A DNA stretch of 64,000 nt. Source: Candidatus Eiseniibacteriota bacterium (lineage in GTDB: Bacteria > Eisenbacteria > RBG-16-71-46 > CAIMUX01 > VGJL01). This document shows positions 19,758 through 30,969 of this stretch, in pieces (position 1 is the stretch's first letter; each line of letters begins with the position of its first letter). Where the stretch lies: assembly GCA_963792585.1 (NCBI GenBank), contig CAWBWI010000001.1:224001-288000 (forward strand), given 5' to 3'. Under the pieces are notes generated by a model, which worked only from the letters and a program-made list of their open reading frames with translations, made no database searches and had not been told where the DNA came from. The position numbers and the translations under genes are program-made.

Positions 19758-22313
19758 AGCGCCGCAGGAAGCCCGAAGTGACCGATCTGCTGGGCCGCGT
19801 CCTCGCACTCGCCTCCGATGAGGGACAGGCGGTCCACGTTCACGAGATCCCGCCGCGGGAGCCGCGGACGACGGCGCCGAGGCAGCCTCTCTCTCCCTCG
19901 ATGCTCGCGGCGCTCGAGACGATGGGGATCGGCGAGCTCTACACCCATCAGGCGCGTGCGATCGATCTGATCCGCGACGGAAAGGACGTCGTCATCGTCA
20001 CCGGGACGGCGAGCGGCAAGACCCTTTGCTACAACATCCCGGTCCTCGAGACGATCGCGACCCATCCCGACGCTCGGGCCCTCTATCTATTTCCCACGAA
20101 AGCGCTCGCGCAGGACCAGCTCCGGACCCTGCGGCGCTTCCAGCGCCCGGATGACGGACGCGGAAGCGGTCGACGAAGATCTCGGGGCGCCGGGTCCCTT
20201 CGATTTCCATGCGGGGACCTACGATGGCGACACGCCGCAGGCCCTTCGGACACAGCTGCGCGAGCGGGCGCGCATCCTGCTCACGAATCCCGACATGCTC
20301 CACAGCGGGATCCTGCCGAACCACGCCCGATGGGCGGAGTTCTTCGGCCGGCTGTCCTACATCGTGGCCGATGAGATCCACGTCTACCGCGGGATCTTCG
20401 GCTCCCATACCGCGAATGTCCTTCGGCGCTGCCTGCGGATCGCGGAGCACTACGGTGCGCGCCCCCAGGTGATTCTCGCCTCGGCGACCATCGCCAATCC
20501 GGGCGAGCTCGCCCAGCGGCTGACCGGCCGCGAGGTCGTGACGATCGACGAGGATGGCTCGCCGCGCGGCCGTAAGCACTTCCTCTTCTGGAATCCGCCG
20601 CGCATCGACGCGGCGGGGCTCGAACGGCGCTCGTCGAATCTCGAGGCGCGGAACCTGTTCGTCTCCCTCCTGCGCGGCGGTTACCAGGTCATCGCCTTCG
20701 TCCGAGCCCGGCTGCTGACCGAAGTCCTCTTGCGCTACTGCCAGGAAGAGCTGCGGCGCGACGGCGGCGGGCTCGCGAAGAAGGTCCGCGCCTACCGGGG
20801 CGGCTATTTGCCCGAGGAGCGGCGGGCGATCGAACATGCGCTCTTCGAGGGAGAGCTGCGCGGGGTGATCTCGACGAATGCCCTGGAACTCGGCATCGAC
20901 GTCGGCGGACTCGACGCGGCGGTCCTCGTCGGCTTCCCGGGCACGATCGCCTCGACCTGGCAGCAGGCGGGTCGCGCCGGACGTCGGGAGGACGAGTCGG
21001 TCGCGATTCTGGTCGGCCACAATCTGCCGATCGACCAGTACCTGATGCGGCATCCGCAGTACTTCTTCGAGAGGACGCCGGAGCACGCGGTCGTCGATCC
21101 GCAGAATCCTCACATCCTCCTCTCGCACCTGCGGTGCGCGATCTTCGAGCTGCCCTTGCGCCGACAGGAGGAGCGGGAGTGGGGGGAGTACGCGCCGGCC
21201 ATCCTCGACCTCCTGTCGGAACACGGTGAGGCGAAGGAGGTCAAGGGGCGCTGGTACTACACGAAGGAAGGGTATCCGGCCGCGGGGGTTTCCCTGCGTA
21301 ACACGGCGGAGAACGTCTACACCATCATCGAGACCAACCGCCCCGACGGGAACCGGGTGATCGGCACGATCGACGAGCCGTCGGCGTTTCCTCAAGTCCA
21401 CCCCCAGGCGATCTACATGCACGATGCCGAGACCTATCTGGTCGACATCCTGAACGTCGATGAGAAGGTCGCTTACGTCCACCGGGCCGACGTCGACTAC
21501 TACACGCAGGCAATGTCGGACAGCCACATCCAGGTCGTGCGCACCGACCTCGAGCGCCGCCTGTTCGACAACGAGCTCGGCTTCGGAGACGTGAACGTCC
21601 ACTCGAAGGTCTGCATGTTCAAGAAGATCAAGTTCGGCAGCCGCGACTCGATCGGCTACGGGAATCTCGAGCTCCCCAGCCAGACCCTCGAGACCAGCGG
21701 CTCCTGGATCGCCCCATCACTCGAGGTGCTGACGAAGGTGACGCGCTACGGCCGGGTGCCCGCCGAAGGGCTCTGGGGGATTGCGAACGTCTTGCCCGAT
21801 GTCGTCTCGCTATTCGCGATGTGCGATCCGGCCGACATCGGGACCGTGGTCGACTCCAAGAACGTCGGGGTCCCCGCGATCTTTCTCTACGACAAGTACC
21901 CGGGCGGGCTCGGTTTCGCGCAGAAGGCATACCACATGATGGAGGATGTCCTCGAGGCGGCGTGCGACCTGATCCATGATTGCAGTTGCGAGGACGGTTG
22001 TCCCTCCTGCGTGGGGGCGCCGCTGCCCCCGCAGATGCAGCAGGATCCCGATTTGATGGGAAAGGGGAGAATCCCCGACCGGGAGGCCGCGCTCGTCATG
22101 CTCCACGCGCTGCTGGGCAAGCCGGACTATGTGCCCAAGGCGCCCGCCGATGCGGCGCGGATGGCGCGCGTGGCTGCGGAACAGGCGAAGGTTTCGAAGC
22201 AGCACGCGGCCCACGCGGAGGAGGATCTCCCTCTGCCCCCCCGCGTGGTGACCCCGCTGCCCGAGGACCTCGCGGCGCGGCTGCGGCGGAGGTTGGGGGC
22301 CAAGACAGCCTGA
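19754..22313 (+). CDS. DEAD/DEAH-box helicase with DUF1998 (YprA/MrfA-like); frameshift near 20145
   Basis: LYTHQ, TGTASGKT, PTKALAQDQ, TNPDMLH, DEIH, SATIANP, TNALELGID, QQAGRAGR, C.CEDGCPSC. Confidence 0.92.
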
Positions 22314-22406
22314 GCAGGACGGGTTAGAATCATCCGTTCGGCCGTGCGACCGGAGACTGCGCCGACCGGGGACCGCGCCGACTGGCGCATGACCCGAGAG
22401 GGGAAC

Positions 22407-22868
22407 ATGAACGCAAGCGTGCATTCGATCCACATCGCGCCCAAAGGGGAAGCGAAGCTCGACACGGTGCCGGAGGCGCGGGCCGTCGCGGGCCGGGGGC
22501 TGGAAGGGGACCGCTATTTCAACGTGAGCGGAACCTACTCGAAACACGACGGCCCGGACCGTGAGGTGACGTTGATCGAGATCGAGGCGCTCGAAGGACT
22601 GCGCAACGAGTACGGAATCGACCTCGCTCCGGAGGAGACCCGCAGGAACATCGTCACCCGCGGCGTGGCGCTGAATCACCTCGTCGGCCGCGAGTTCCAG
22701 GTGGGGGATGCGGTGTTCCGGGGAATCCGGCTCTGCGAGCCATGCGGTCATCTCGAGAAGATGAGCGGCAAGCCGGCGCGTGCGGGTCTCGTGCACCGTG
22801 GGGGCCTACGGGCCCAGATCGTGCGGGACGGGATGGTCCGATCGGGCGATCCGATCACGGCCGCGTAG
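22407..22868 (+). CDS. MOSC domain protein
   Basis: GRGLEGDRY, RRNIVTRG, CEPCGH, RGGLRA. Confidence 0.9.
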   Translation: MNASVHSIHIAPKGEAKLDTVPEARAVAGRGLEGDRYFNVSGTYSKHDGPDREVTLIEIEALEGLRNEYGIDLAPEETRRNIVTRGVALNHLVGREFQVGDAVFRGIRLCEPCGHLEKMSGKPARAGLVHRGGLRAQIVRDGMVRSGDPITAA

Positions 22869-22877
22869 CGGAAGAGC

Positions 22878-23924
22878 CTATCGCTGCTTTCTTGCCGCAG
22901 GCTCGATCTCGACGAGCCCATCGCCCATCCCCTCCATCCAATAGCCGCGCGCCATGCGTGGCGTATTGAAGGCGAAGCCGGGGCTGCCGTCGGGGCCGAG
23001 CAGGATCACGCCGCCCGCGCCCGCGACGCGCCGTCCATAGGCTTCGACCGCGGCCCGCGCGGCCCGCGCCGCGGGTGTGCCCGCCACGCCGCGGGGGACC
23101 GGCCCCCAGGTGATCCGCTCCAGCGCGATCGGCGGTTGGGCCGTGGAACGAGGCGCCCGGGTGCGCCATTCGATCGTGACGGTGTCGATCTCGTGCACGG
23201 CGCGGAACGCGAGCAGCTCGCGCAGGATCGACTCGCCCCATCCCGTGGCGCTCGCCGCTCCCAGGCCGGCCTCGGCCCAGGTCCCAGCTCCCAGCACCGG
23301 GCTGTCGCCGACGCGTCCCGCAAGGGTATAGGGTGCGCCCCCCGTGGACGTGGCGGCCGCGAGGCGGCCGCGAGCATCGCAGCAGACCGCGCCCACCGTG
23401 TCGCTGGGCTGGTCCAGAATATCCGGCGGGAGCGTCCCGTCGAACGGCTGCCGGGTCTTGTACTCCTCGAGGCGCCGGAGATGCTCGAAGCGTCGGCGCT
23501 CCCGATCGAGGATCAAGTCTTCCTGCGGGCATGCGGGAATCCCGATCTCGCGGGCGAAGCGTGACGCTCCCTCGCCGGCGAGCATCACCGCCCGCCCGTC
23601 GTCGAGAATTGCGCGGGCGAGGCGGATCGGGTTCGCGACATCGGTCACGCAAAGACAGGCTCCGGCGCGCATCGTATCGCCGTCCATCACGGACGCGTCC
23701 ATCTCGATCCGTCCTTCCCGGTTCAGCACGGAGCCCTTGCCGGCATCGAAGGTCGGATCGTCCTCCAGAACGACGATCGTCTCGACCACGACGTCGAGCG
23801 CCGGCGCGCCGGAACGAAGCAACTCCGCCCCCCGCGCGAGCGCGCGCCCGATCCCGGCGAGATGGGCGTCGACCTCATCGTTCGGGATCTGCCAGGCTCC
23901 GCCGTGCACGATCAGACTCTGCAT
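22878..23924 (-). CDS. iaaA: Isoaspartyl peptidase/L-asparaginase
   Basis: IVHGGA, LEDDPTFDAG.GS, EMDASVM, D-TVGAV, ATSTGG, GRVGDSP..GAG, SATGWGE. Confidence 0.92.
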   Translation of the reverse strand: MQSLIVHGGAWQIPNDEVDAHLAGIGRALARGAELLRSGAPALDVVVETIVVLEDDPTFDAGKGSVLNREGRIEMDASVMDGDTMRAGACLCVTDVANPIRLARAILDDGRAVMLAGEGASRFAREIGIPACPQEDLILDRERRRFEHLRRLEEYKTRQPFDGTLPPDILDQPSDTVGAVCCDARGRLAAATSTGGAPYTLAGRVGDSPVLGAGTWAEAGLGAASATGWGESILRELLAFRAVHEIDTVTIEWRTRAPRSTAQPPIALERITWGPVPRGVAGTPAARAARAAVEAYGRRVAGAGGVILLGPDGSPGFAFNTPRMARGYWMEGMGDGLVEIEPAARKQR

Positions 23925-24004
23925 CGATCCTCCACGCATCCCGCAGCCGATGTTATACTGCCGTCGTTCCGATGGCCCTGCAACCCCGAGCGGAGGGTAC
24001 GACG

Positions 24005-24721
24005 ATGACCACAGGCATTCACCAGATCATCGACCGGCAGATCCGACGCTGGGAAGTGGAGGCGCGCGCCCGAAGGGAACTCGTCGCGGAGAGACCGGGC
24101 CAGCCGGCGCCGCTCCTGCCGTGGGTCGCCATCTCGCGGGCCTTCGGTTCCGGCGGCGGGGAGATCGCCCAGCGGCTCGCGGCGAGGCTCAATTACCCGA
24201 TCGTCGACAAGGAAATCCTCGAGGTGCTCGTGCAGGAGGGACACCTTCGCGAGGCTGTCGTCGAGGCGCTCGACGAGCGCGACCGCTCCTCCCTCGACGT
24301 CTGGGTCGATGGGATTCTGCGTGGCAAGTTGCAGGACAAGGACGATTACCTCCGCACCCTGGTCCGCGTGATCGGGGGGATCGCGATACACGGCCACTCG
24401 ATCATCATCGGCCGAGGAGCGAACTTCATTCTCGATCCGACGCGCGGGCTGAATGCGCGTATCGTCGCCCCGCTCCCGCAGCGGATCGAGACGATCACCC
24501 GCATCCGCGGCCTCGAAGAGGCGGAGGCGGCGAAGCTCGTCGAGAAGATCGACGGGGATCGCGGCGCCTTCATCCGGCGCCACTTCCACCGGGACATCGA
24601 GGACCCGCTCGCCTATGACCTGATCATCAACACCGCGGGGCTCGGCATGGATCTCGCGGTGGACCTGATCGAGCGATCCTTCCGGCAGAAGCTCTCCGCG
24701 CTTCCGAACGTTCGCTTCTAG
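24005..24721 (+). CDS. Cytidylate kinase-like family protein
   Basis: ISRAFGSGGGEIA, IIIGRGANFIL, YDLIINT. Confidence 0.88.
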   Translation: MTTGIHQIIDRQIRRWEVEARARRELVAERPGQPAPLLPWVAISRAFGSGGGEIAQRLAARLNYPIVDKEILEVLVQEGHLREAVVEALDERDRSSLDVWVDGILRGKLQDKDDYLRTLVRVIGGIAIHGHSIIIGRGANFILDPTRGLNARIVAPLPQRIETITRIRGLEEAEAAKLVEKIDGDRGAFIRRHFHRDIEDPLAYDLIINTAGLGMDLAVDLIERSFRQKLSALPNVRF

Positions 24722-24724
24722 CCC

Positions 24725-27700
24725 TCACCTGAGCGTCAACATCTTGCGGTTCGAGACGAACCCGCCCGTGCGCATCTGCATCCAGTAGATGCCGGAGCCG
24801 ACCCTGCGCCCCTCGTCGTTGGCGCCGTCCCAGACGACCGAGTGGATTCCCGCGTCGCTCAGGCCGTCCACGAGACGGCGGACCTCCCGGCCGGTCACGT
24901 CGTAGACCGAAATGCGCACGGCGCCGCGCCGCGCCAGGCTGAAGCGAATCTGTGCCCGCTCCGCGAAGGGATTCGGTTCGGCGGGGAGGAGCCGGTTTAC
25001 CGCCGACGACCCTTCCGATTCCACCCCGCTCGGGAGCGTCCATGTTCCCTGGCAGGATGCCAGGGTCTCGGCCAGCGTGAGCTTCGGGATCGATCCGTTG
25101 TCCGGCGCTTCGAATCCCCAACGCAGCGCGGCGCCGATCTCGCCCATCGCGGCGCCCGCGACCGACGGCAAGTCCCGAGGACAGAGGTCGAAACCGGAGC
25201 CTTGGGCGTCGCGCAAGGTCATGTGATCCCAACTGACGCCGTCGATGATCGCGCGGAAGTTGCCCGCCGCGCTCTCGTTCACCACCTGAGCGGCCGAAGC
25301 CTCTTTCAAGCCATCCTCGGCCAGGTAGCGCCGGTTCGCGGCACCGGTCCCCTGGGCCTCGAATACATTGAAGCCATACTGGTTAGGGCAGGCATTCCCG
25401 AATGCGTCGATGTCCACGTCGACCCCGAAGATCGGGGCGATGGCGGGAAGGTATCGCACGCAGTAGGAGTCGTTCTCAGGCGGGCAGGGGTTGTCTCCGA
25501 AGTAGCCGTTGAACGCATCGCAGGACAGTTCGGCGCCGAATACCTCGTGCATGAAGGGCAGCCCATAGGTGGGCCTTCCCCTCAGGATCTGGCCCGCCTT
25601 GTCCCCGTTGAGAACGAAGACCTGCCGATTCGTGTTGCCCTGGCATTCCGTGGAGTTCAGCCACTCGCCGAAGAGCCGCCAGTCCTCCTCTTCGGTCGCG
25701 CCGTCGGCCAGGCTGCCGGCGTTGCAGAGGATTGCCCGATACCCGAGAAGTTGCTTCAAGGTCATTCCGTAATTGCATGTGGGCCATGGACCTCGGGCGA
25801 ACGGAACATTGAAACAGCCGGAAGAGGCCTCATAGTCGTAGCGGTCCCAGTTCCGGTCGACCGGAATCGGGCAGCCGAGGGGATGGTCGCACGCCGGTAG
25901 GTCGTTCAACACGGTCCGGAGGGCGTTCTCGATGAAGATCTGCTGCCCGGCGTTTGTCATGTCCACGTATAGAACGGCGGGCTGATAGACACAGTAGTTG
26001 AAGCCGGACTGACCGTTCGGCTGGCCCCCGCACGCGGTCACGTTGGCAACCCGCACGCCGGGGAGCACTTCGAACTCCAGGAACCCGCCGCCGGTGGTGT
26101 CGGGGAGGTAGTAAAGCTCGGTGGGGCTGCCGACGTAGTTGGACGTGATGAAGTATTCGATCCGGGTCCCCGGATAGAGGACGTCGTCCCAGATCATCTC
26201 ATTCTCGGGGCTCCCTTCGGCGACGAAGTCATCGTCGTTCTCGCGGAAGCTCGAGATGAACTTGTTCCTGGAAACGGCAGTGCCGACCTGGGCGGAGTCC
26301 ATCCAGCCGGAGGTGAACTCCGGCCGGTAGGCTCGATCGATGGCGCGACCGTCCGCGACCCGGTCCCTCCAGGTCTTGTACCGGCTCGTCACGCCGTTTT
26401 CCTTGTCCGCGTTGAACGGTGAGCGCCTGGCCACCCGCCACCAGAGGCGGGATTCCCAGCGCGTGTTCGGATCGGTGCCCGACGGCATGGGCCCGATGAT
26501 CATTAGCGAGTCTCCCGCGACGTAAGGATGAGCGACATCGATGGCCCGGCGCGTATTGGCCGGTCCCGGCGCACGAACGTCGAAGAGATTGGATGGGTAG
26601 CTGCCGGTATCCTGGAAGGAGGCGCCGACATCGAGATTGACCGTCGGTGCATGGGCGGCGGGGAGCATGCCGACGGCGATGTTGTCCAGCAGCGGTGTGA
26701 AATTGCTGATCCCGCTGCACGGATCGATCGAGAAGGCGGCGCAGTCCGCCTGGAACTCGAAGATCGCCTTCACCATGCGCGCCGTCGCGGGGACCGGGGT
26801 GCCGGCGATTCCAAGGCTCGTCCCACCGAAGCGATAACGACCGCAGATCGGGTCGCTGCCCGTATACATGAAGCCGCTGACGCCGATGCGCGGGGACCAG
26901 CCGGTCGTCCCGGTGAGATCACAGGTCCAGGGGGAGTACCGCCATCCGGGCCTGAAGAGGGCGCCGTTCTCCTGCGGCATCTCGGAGTAGATATCGATCT
27001 CCATGAAGATCGTCTTCGTGTCGCCGTTGCCCGAGTCGCATATCGGGCTCTCGATCCAGACGTGCTGACCTTCGGGGTGACCCTGGTACGGCTCATCGGA
27101 ATGAAACGCCAGGACATTGCCGCTGAGGGTGCAGGCACAGGGATCGAGAATCAGATAGCCGCCGACGTCTACGGCCGAAACGAACGATCCGACGGCCTCG
27201 CCGACCGAAGAGGTCCAGTGCTCGAGACCCGTCTCGAAGGAGTAGGAACGGTCGCAGCCTCCGCCGGCGATAACGATGTCGTCGACCGCGAACGGCCCCT
27301 TCGGGGTCGTGAAGAGCCCGTCCTCGTCGGAGTATCCGCCATCGGAACGAACCTCGAACTCGAAGCGGATCGCCTGCGCGGCGCCGATCTCTTCCTGCGT
27401 CAGTACGCGGGAGTAGAGGGTGGGCGTGATGTTCCCGTTGCCGTCGATGCCGATGCGTCCGGTGAATCCCCCGTCGAAGAACTCATTCTCGCCACATGCG
27501 CCCGGGTACCCATTGAGGAGTAGGCGCGAACCATCGGCCCGGACGAGATAGACCTGCGTCCCGTCGAAGCACTCCTCGGTATCGTTGAAGTAGAGGTAGC
27601 TCAGGGAGATACTCTCCGAGCCGTCATAGGGCAGCGGCTCCGAGAGTGCGGTCTGCCTCCACTCGTTGCCGTAGCCCGCCTCACCGGGCCAGCAGAGCGC

Positions 27701-28231
27701 CCGCGCTTGTGGGCGATCCAGGCCGACCCAGAGGCTCCTCGAACCGGAGAGAATCGGCGCGGCGACGCCCCCTCCGAGGTCGAGCGTTGCGTCGACCACG
27801 CGGAAGTACGTGGCTTGGTTTTCGGTCCGGTCGACGGCCGCCCATCCTTCGCCGTTTTCGACCCGATCCGGATCCCCGTGCGGGCCGTCGCCGCGGTCGA
27901 ACGTCCATGCGATCGAGGGCTTGAACCCGCCCGAGCGGGCGTAGTACTCGCCGCCGATCAGCTGGTACCCGCCGAACCATGTGGTGTCCGCTCTTGCTGG
28001 GGGGATCTGCCTGTGCGGGAGATCGGAGCCTTGCTCCCCCCGGATCGGGATGGCAAGACTGCGCATGCAGGGCAGAACCTGTCGCGCGCTCGACACTCCG
28101 GGCAACAGGAGGAGAAGCAGGATGGGCAGTAACCGTCTCACGGCGGGCCTCCTTGGAGGAACGGTCCTTGCTATCGGGGGGACCCTATGAAAGCGCATAT
28201 CAATTATAGCTTCGTGATGGCGCTCGGTCAA
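24725..28231 (-). CDS. Large secreted protein with C-terminal FlgD-Ig-like domain (start may be ~28198 or later)
   Basis: Signal-like LLPILLLLLLPGVSSA; PNPF...VYDVTGREVR...WDG..D.G..VGSGIY tail. Confidence 0.85.
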   Translation of the reverse strand: MTERHHEAIIDMRFHRVPPIARTVPPRRPAVRRLLPILLLLLLPGVSSARQVLPCMRSLAIPIRGEQGSDLPHRQIPPARADTTWFGGYQLIGGEYYARSGGFKPSIAWTFDRGDGPHGDPDRVENGEGWAAVDRTENQATYFRVVDATLDLGGGVAAPILSGSRSLWVGLDRPQARALCWPGEAGYGNEWRQTALSEPLPYDGSESISLSYLYFNDTEECFDGTQVYLVRADGSRLLLNGYPGACGENEFFDGGFTGRIGIDGNGNITPTLYSRVLTQEEIGAAQAIRFEFEVRSDGGYSDEDGLFTTPKGPFAVDDIVIAGGGCDRSYSFETGLEHWTSSVGEAVGSFVSAVDVGGYLILDPCACTLSGNVLAFHSDEPYQGHPEGQHVWIESPICDSGNGDTKTIFMEIDIYSEMPQENGALFRPGWRYSPWTCDLTGTTGWSPRIGVSGFMYTGSDPICGRYRFGGTSLGIAGTPVPATARMVKAIFEFQADCAAFSIDPCSGISNFTPLLDNIAVGMLPAAHAPTVNLDVGASFQDTGSYPSNLFDVRAPGPANTRRAIDVAHPYVAGDSLMIIGPMPSGTDPNTRWESRLWWRVARRSPFNADKENGVTSRYKTWRDRVADGRAIDRAYRPEFTSGWMDSAQVGTAVSRNKFISSFRENDDDFVAEGSPENEMIWDDVLYPGTRIEYFITSNYVGSPTELYYLPDTTGGGFLEFEVLPGVRVANVTACGGQPNGQSGFNYCVYQPAVLYVDMTNAGQQIFIENALRTVLNDLPACDHPLGCPIPVDRNWDRYDYEASSGCFNVPFARGPWPTCNYGMTLKQLLGYRAILCNAGSLADGATEEEDWRLFGEWLNSTECQGNTNRQVFVLNGDKAGQILRGRPTYGLPFMHEVFGAELSCDAFNGYFGDNPCPPENDSYCVRYLPAIAPIFGVDVDIDAFGNACPNQYGFNVFEAQGTGAANRRYLAEDGLKEASAAQVVNESAAGNFRAIIDGVSWDHMTLRDAQGSGFDLCPRDLPSVAGAAMGEIGAALRWGFEAPDNGSIPKLTLAETLASCQGTWTLPSGVESEGSSAVNRLLPAEPNPFAERAQIRFSLARRGAVRISVYDVTGREVRRLVDGLSDAGIHSVVWDGANDEGRRVGSGIYWMQMRTGGFVSNRKMLTLR

Positions 28232-28401
28232 CGGATCGGAGGGCGATCACCGGGCGACGAGGGGCGATTGGGGGGTGACCTGAATGCGGGCGGGGGCGAT
28301 GGTCCGGGAAGCTATCTGGAGGCAATGCTGTATCATGGCCGAGTTGCGTTGGATGAACAGCCGCACCCCGAGTGAGTGCAATCCAGTGGAGGATCTATCA
28401 G

Positions 28402-30186
28402 ATGCGAACCGGGACCGTCCTCGGTCTCCTGTTGGCGATCGGAGTTCTTGCGGGCGCGGCGGGGGCGGAACGGCTTCCGATCCAGCTCGACGGAGTCTTC
28501 GACGATTGGACTTCAGGCCCCATCTACGAAGACCCCCTGGGCGACGGTGGGGCGACCTTGATCGACCTGGGGCGGCTCTGGGCTGCGGACGACGCCGGAT
28601 CGCTCTACCTTCGCATGGAGATCGGGACGGAGAAGCTCCTGAATGCGGACAATGACATCGTCCTCTATCTCGACACCGACCTGAACAGCCAAACGGGGCT
28701 GGCGATCGGCGGGATCGGCGCCGAACTCGAATGGCACTTCGGGACGAAATCGGGGACCTACCGATACGGCGGAGGCGCCACCGGGATCCAGCACGTGCAG
28801 ATCCGGTTCATCGGGCTTCCGAGTGTGACCTCTTCCGTCTTCGAGATGAGTCTGAGCCGCAACGCGCGTCCTGACGGGTCGCACCTGCTCTTCGCCGGCT
28901 CTCAGATCCGGATTCTGCTGTGGGACCAAACGGGCGGCGACCGGCTTCCCGACGACGGGGAGAGCGTGACCTACACCTTCGATCAAGGAGCGCTGCCACC
29001 CGAGAATCTGATCCCTCTACGCAAGGCCCGGGCCGATGATCTGCGGATCACGACGAACAACACCCTGAGCGACGGGCCGTGGAACGGAACGCGGGGCCCG
29101 AGGTTCCGCCGCGAGTACGTCGCCCTCGCCCCCGAGATTCTGAACTTTCAGGAGATCTACAATCACACTGCGCAGGAGACGGCGGCCCTCGTCGAGAGTT
29201 GGCTGCCCTCGGGGCCCGGAGAAACTTGGTACGCGGCGGACAATGCGGACTGCCAGACGATCAGCCGCTATCCGATCGAGGACTCGTGGGGACTGGACGG
29301 GAACCTCGTGACGTTGATCGATACGACCCCCGCGATCGGGGTCAAGCTCCTCATGGTCAGCGCCCACCTGCCATGCTGTGAGAACGATGCGACCCGCCAG
29401 GTGGAAGTCGATCGGATCGCGGCCTTCATACGAGACGCGAAGGATCCCGGCGGCACGGTCAGCATCCCGGAGAACACGGCGATTCTCATCTCGGGGGACA
29501 TGAACTTCGTCGGCGACGCGCAACAGATCCGGACCTTCGTGACCGGGGACATCTCCGACAACGGGACCTTCGGCCCCGATTACGAACCGGACTGGGACGG
29601 AAGCGGCCTGCTCGACGTGATCTCGCGGCACAATGCGAAACGCCTCTCGTGGACGTGGTCGAGCGACTCGAGTCCCTTCTGGCCCGGGAGGCTCGATTTC
29701 ATGATCCTGAGCGATTCGGTCGTCGAGATCGGAAACCGCTTCATCCTGAACACGGGGACCACGCCGCCGGATACCCTTGCCGCCTACGGTCTCCAGAGCG
29801 GAGACAGTGGCGCGTCCGACCACCTCCCGATCTGCGTCGACCTCCGCACGCCAAGCCCATCCGAGTCGACCGACACCGAGCCCAACTCGGGCGCGCCGCG
29901 TCTGCTCGTCGCGCCGAACCCCGCCGTCTCGGGCGTGAGCCTGAGTGCGAACCTTCCGGCGCCGGCGGAGATTCTAGTCGAGGTCTGCGACGCGGCCGGC
30001 CGCAGGGTCGCCTTCCCGCTCGGAACGGACTGGGTGCGTCGTGGGGCGGGTCCATGGTCGCGCGTCTGGAGCGGCCTGGGCGACGACGGACGTCGCCTGG
30101 CGCCGGGAATCTACTTCGTACGGCTTCGCGTGCGCGACGCGCGGGGCGAATCGGTGGACACTCGGAAGTGGTCGATCCTGCGATAG
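28402..30186 (+). CDS. Secreted endonuclease/exonuclease/phosphatase (EEP) family protein with FlgD-Ig tail
   Basis: Signal peptide; FQEI, SAHL, GDMN, RLDF, SDHLP; PNP...D.AGR...PGIYF. Confidence 0.88.
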   Translation: MRTGTVLGLLLAIGVLAGAAGAERLPIQLDGVFDDWTSGPIYEDPLGDGGATLIDLGRLWAADDAGSLYLRMEIGTEKLLNADNDIVLYLDTDLNSQTGLAIGGIGAELEWHFGTKSGTYRYGGGATGIQHVQIRFIGLPSVTSSVFEMSLSRNARPDGSHLLFAGSQIRILLWDQTGGDRLPDDGESVTYTFDQGALPPENLIPLRKARADDLRITTNNTLSDGPWNGTRGPRFRREYVALAPEILNFQEIYNHTAQETAALVESWLPSGPGETWYAADNADCQTISRYPIEDSWGLDGNLVTLIDTTPAIGVKLLMVSAHLPCCENDATRQVEVDRIAAFIRDAKDPGGTVSIPENTAILISGDMNFVGDAQQIRTFVTGDISDNGTFGPDYEPDWDGSGLLDVISRHNAKRLSWTWSSDSSPFWPGRLDFMILSDSVVEIGNRFILNTGTTPPDTLAAYGLQSGDSGASDHLPICVDLRTPSPSESTDTEPNSGAPRLLVAPNPAVSGVSLSANLPAPAEILVEVCDAAGRRVAFPLGTDWVRRGAGPWSRVWSGLGDDGRRLAPGIYFVRLRVRDARGESVDTRKWSILR

Positions 30187-30206
30187 CGGCGGGGGAGGAA
30201 CCGAAG

Positions 30207-30920
30207 ATGGTCGAGAACGCGCTCTACGATGTGGTGGTCTTCAGCCCGCACCCGGATGACGCCGAGATGACGATCGCCGGGACGATGATCCGGCTCGTTC
30301 GATCGGGGCGCCGCGTCCTGAGCGTCGCGCTCACGCGGGGAGAGAAGGGGACCTTCGGGACGGAGGAGACCCGGCGGCAGGAGTTCGCGGCGGCGAACGA
30401 GGCGATGGGCACGGACGGCCGCATGCTCGACTTTCCCGACACGGAGGTGGTGAACGATCCGCCGGGGCGGCTGAAGATCGCCCGCGTGATCCGCGAGCAC
30501 CGACCCCGGATCGTCTTCGCCCCGTATCACACCAATCGCTTCGGCCACCACGACGGCTCGGCGAATTCAGACCACTGGGCGGCAGGTCAGCTCGTCCGTG
30601 ACGGAATGAAGCTCGCCCGCTTCCGCAACGTGATGCCCGAGATCCCATCCCACGACGTGGACCGACTCTTCTACTACATGGTGCCGAAGGACACGCTTCC
30701 GACCATAGTCGTCGACGTGAGCTCGGTGATGGACGACGTGCACCGGGCAATCCGCTCCTACGAGACCCAGATGAAGATCTGGAAGCAGGAGAACTCGATC
30801 ATCCACCTTCTCGACACGATGCGGGCCTGGCATGGCGTGCGGATCGGCTGCAAGTACGGCGAGGCGCTCCTGAGCGATGAGGCGCTCGCCTTCGGGCCGG
30901 ACGAGTTCTTTCGGGTCTGA
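30207..30920 (+). CDS. PIG-L family deacetylase (BshB1-like)
   Basis: SPHPDDAE, TRGEKG, R..E, DH. Confidence 0.88.
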   Translation: MVENALYDVVVFSPHPDDAEMTIAGTMIRLVRSGRRVLSVALTRGEKGTFGTEETRRQEFAAANEAMGTDGRMLDFPDTEVVNDPPGRLKIARVIREHRPRIVFAPYHTNRFGHHDGSANSDHWAAGQLVRDGMKLARFRNVMPEIPSHDVDRLFYYMVPKDTLPTIVVDVSSVMDDVHRAIRSYETQMKIWKQENSIIHLLDTMRAWHGVRIGCKYGEALLSDEALAFGPDEFFRV

Positions 30921-30969
30921 CCTGGGCGGGCGCCGCGCCTGACGCCGCGAGGCCCCGAGGCGGGCGTCG

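Noticed and set aside
18876..19808. 388-aa minus-strand ORF 18642..19808 as a full gene
   Set aside because: The upstream part is antisense to the RNase H-like gene; the real start is the GTG at 18875 with RBS and lipoprotein signal.
19754..22313. DISARM or Druantia DUF1998 helicase
   Set aside because: No methylase or drm partner genes; housekeeping context with a YprB-like gene.
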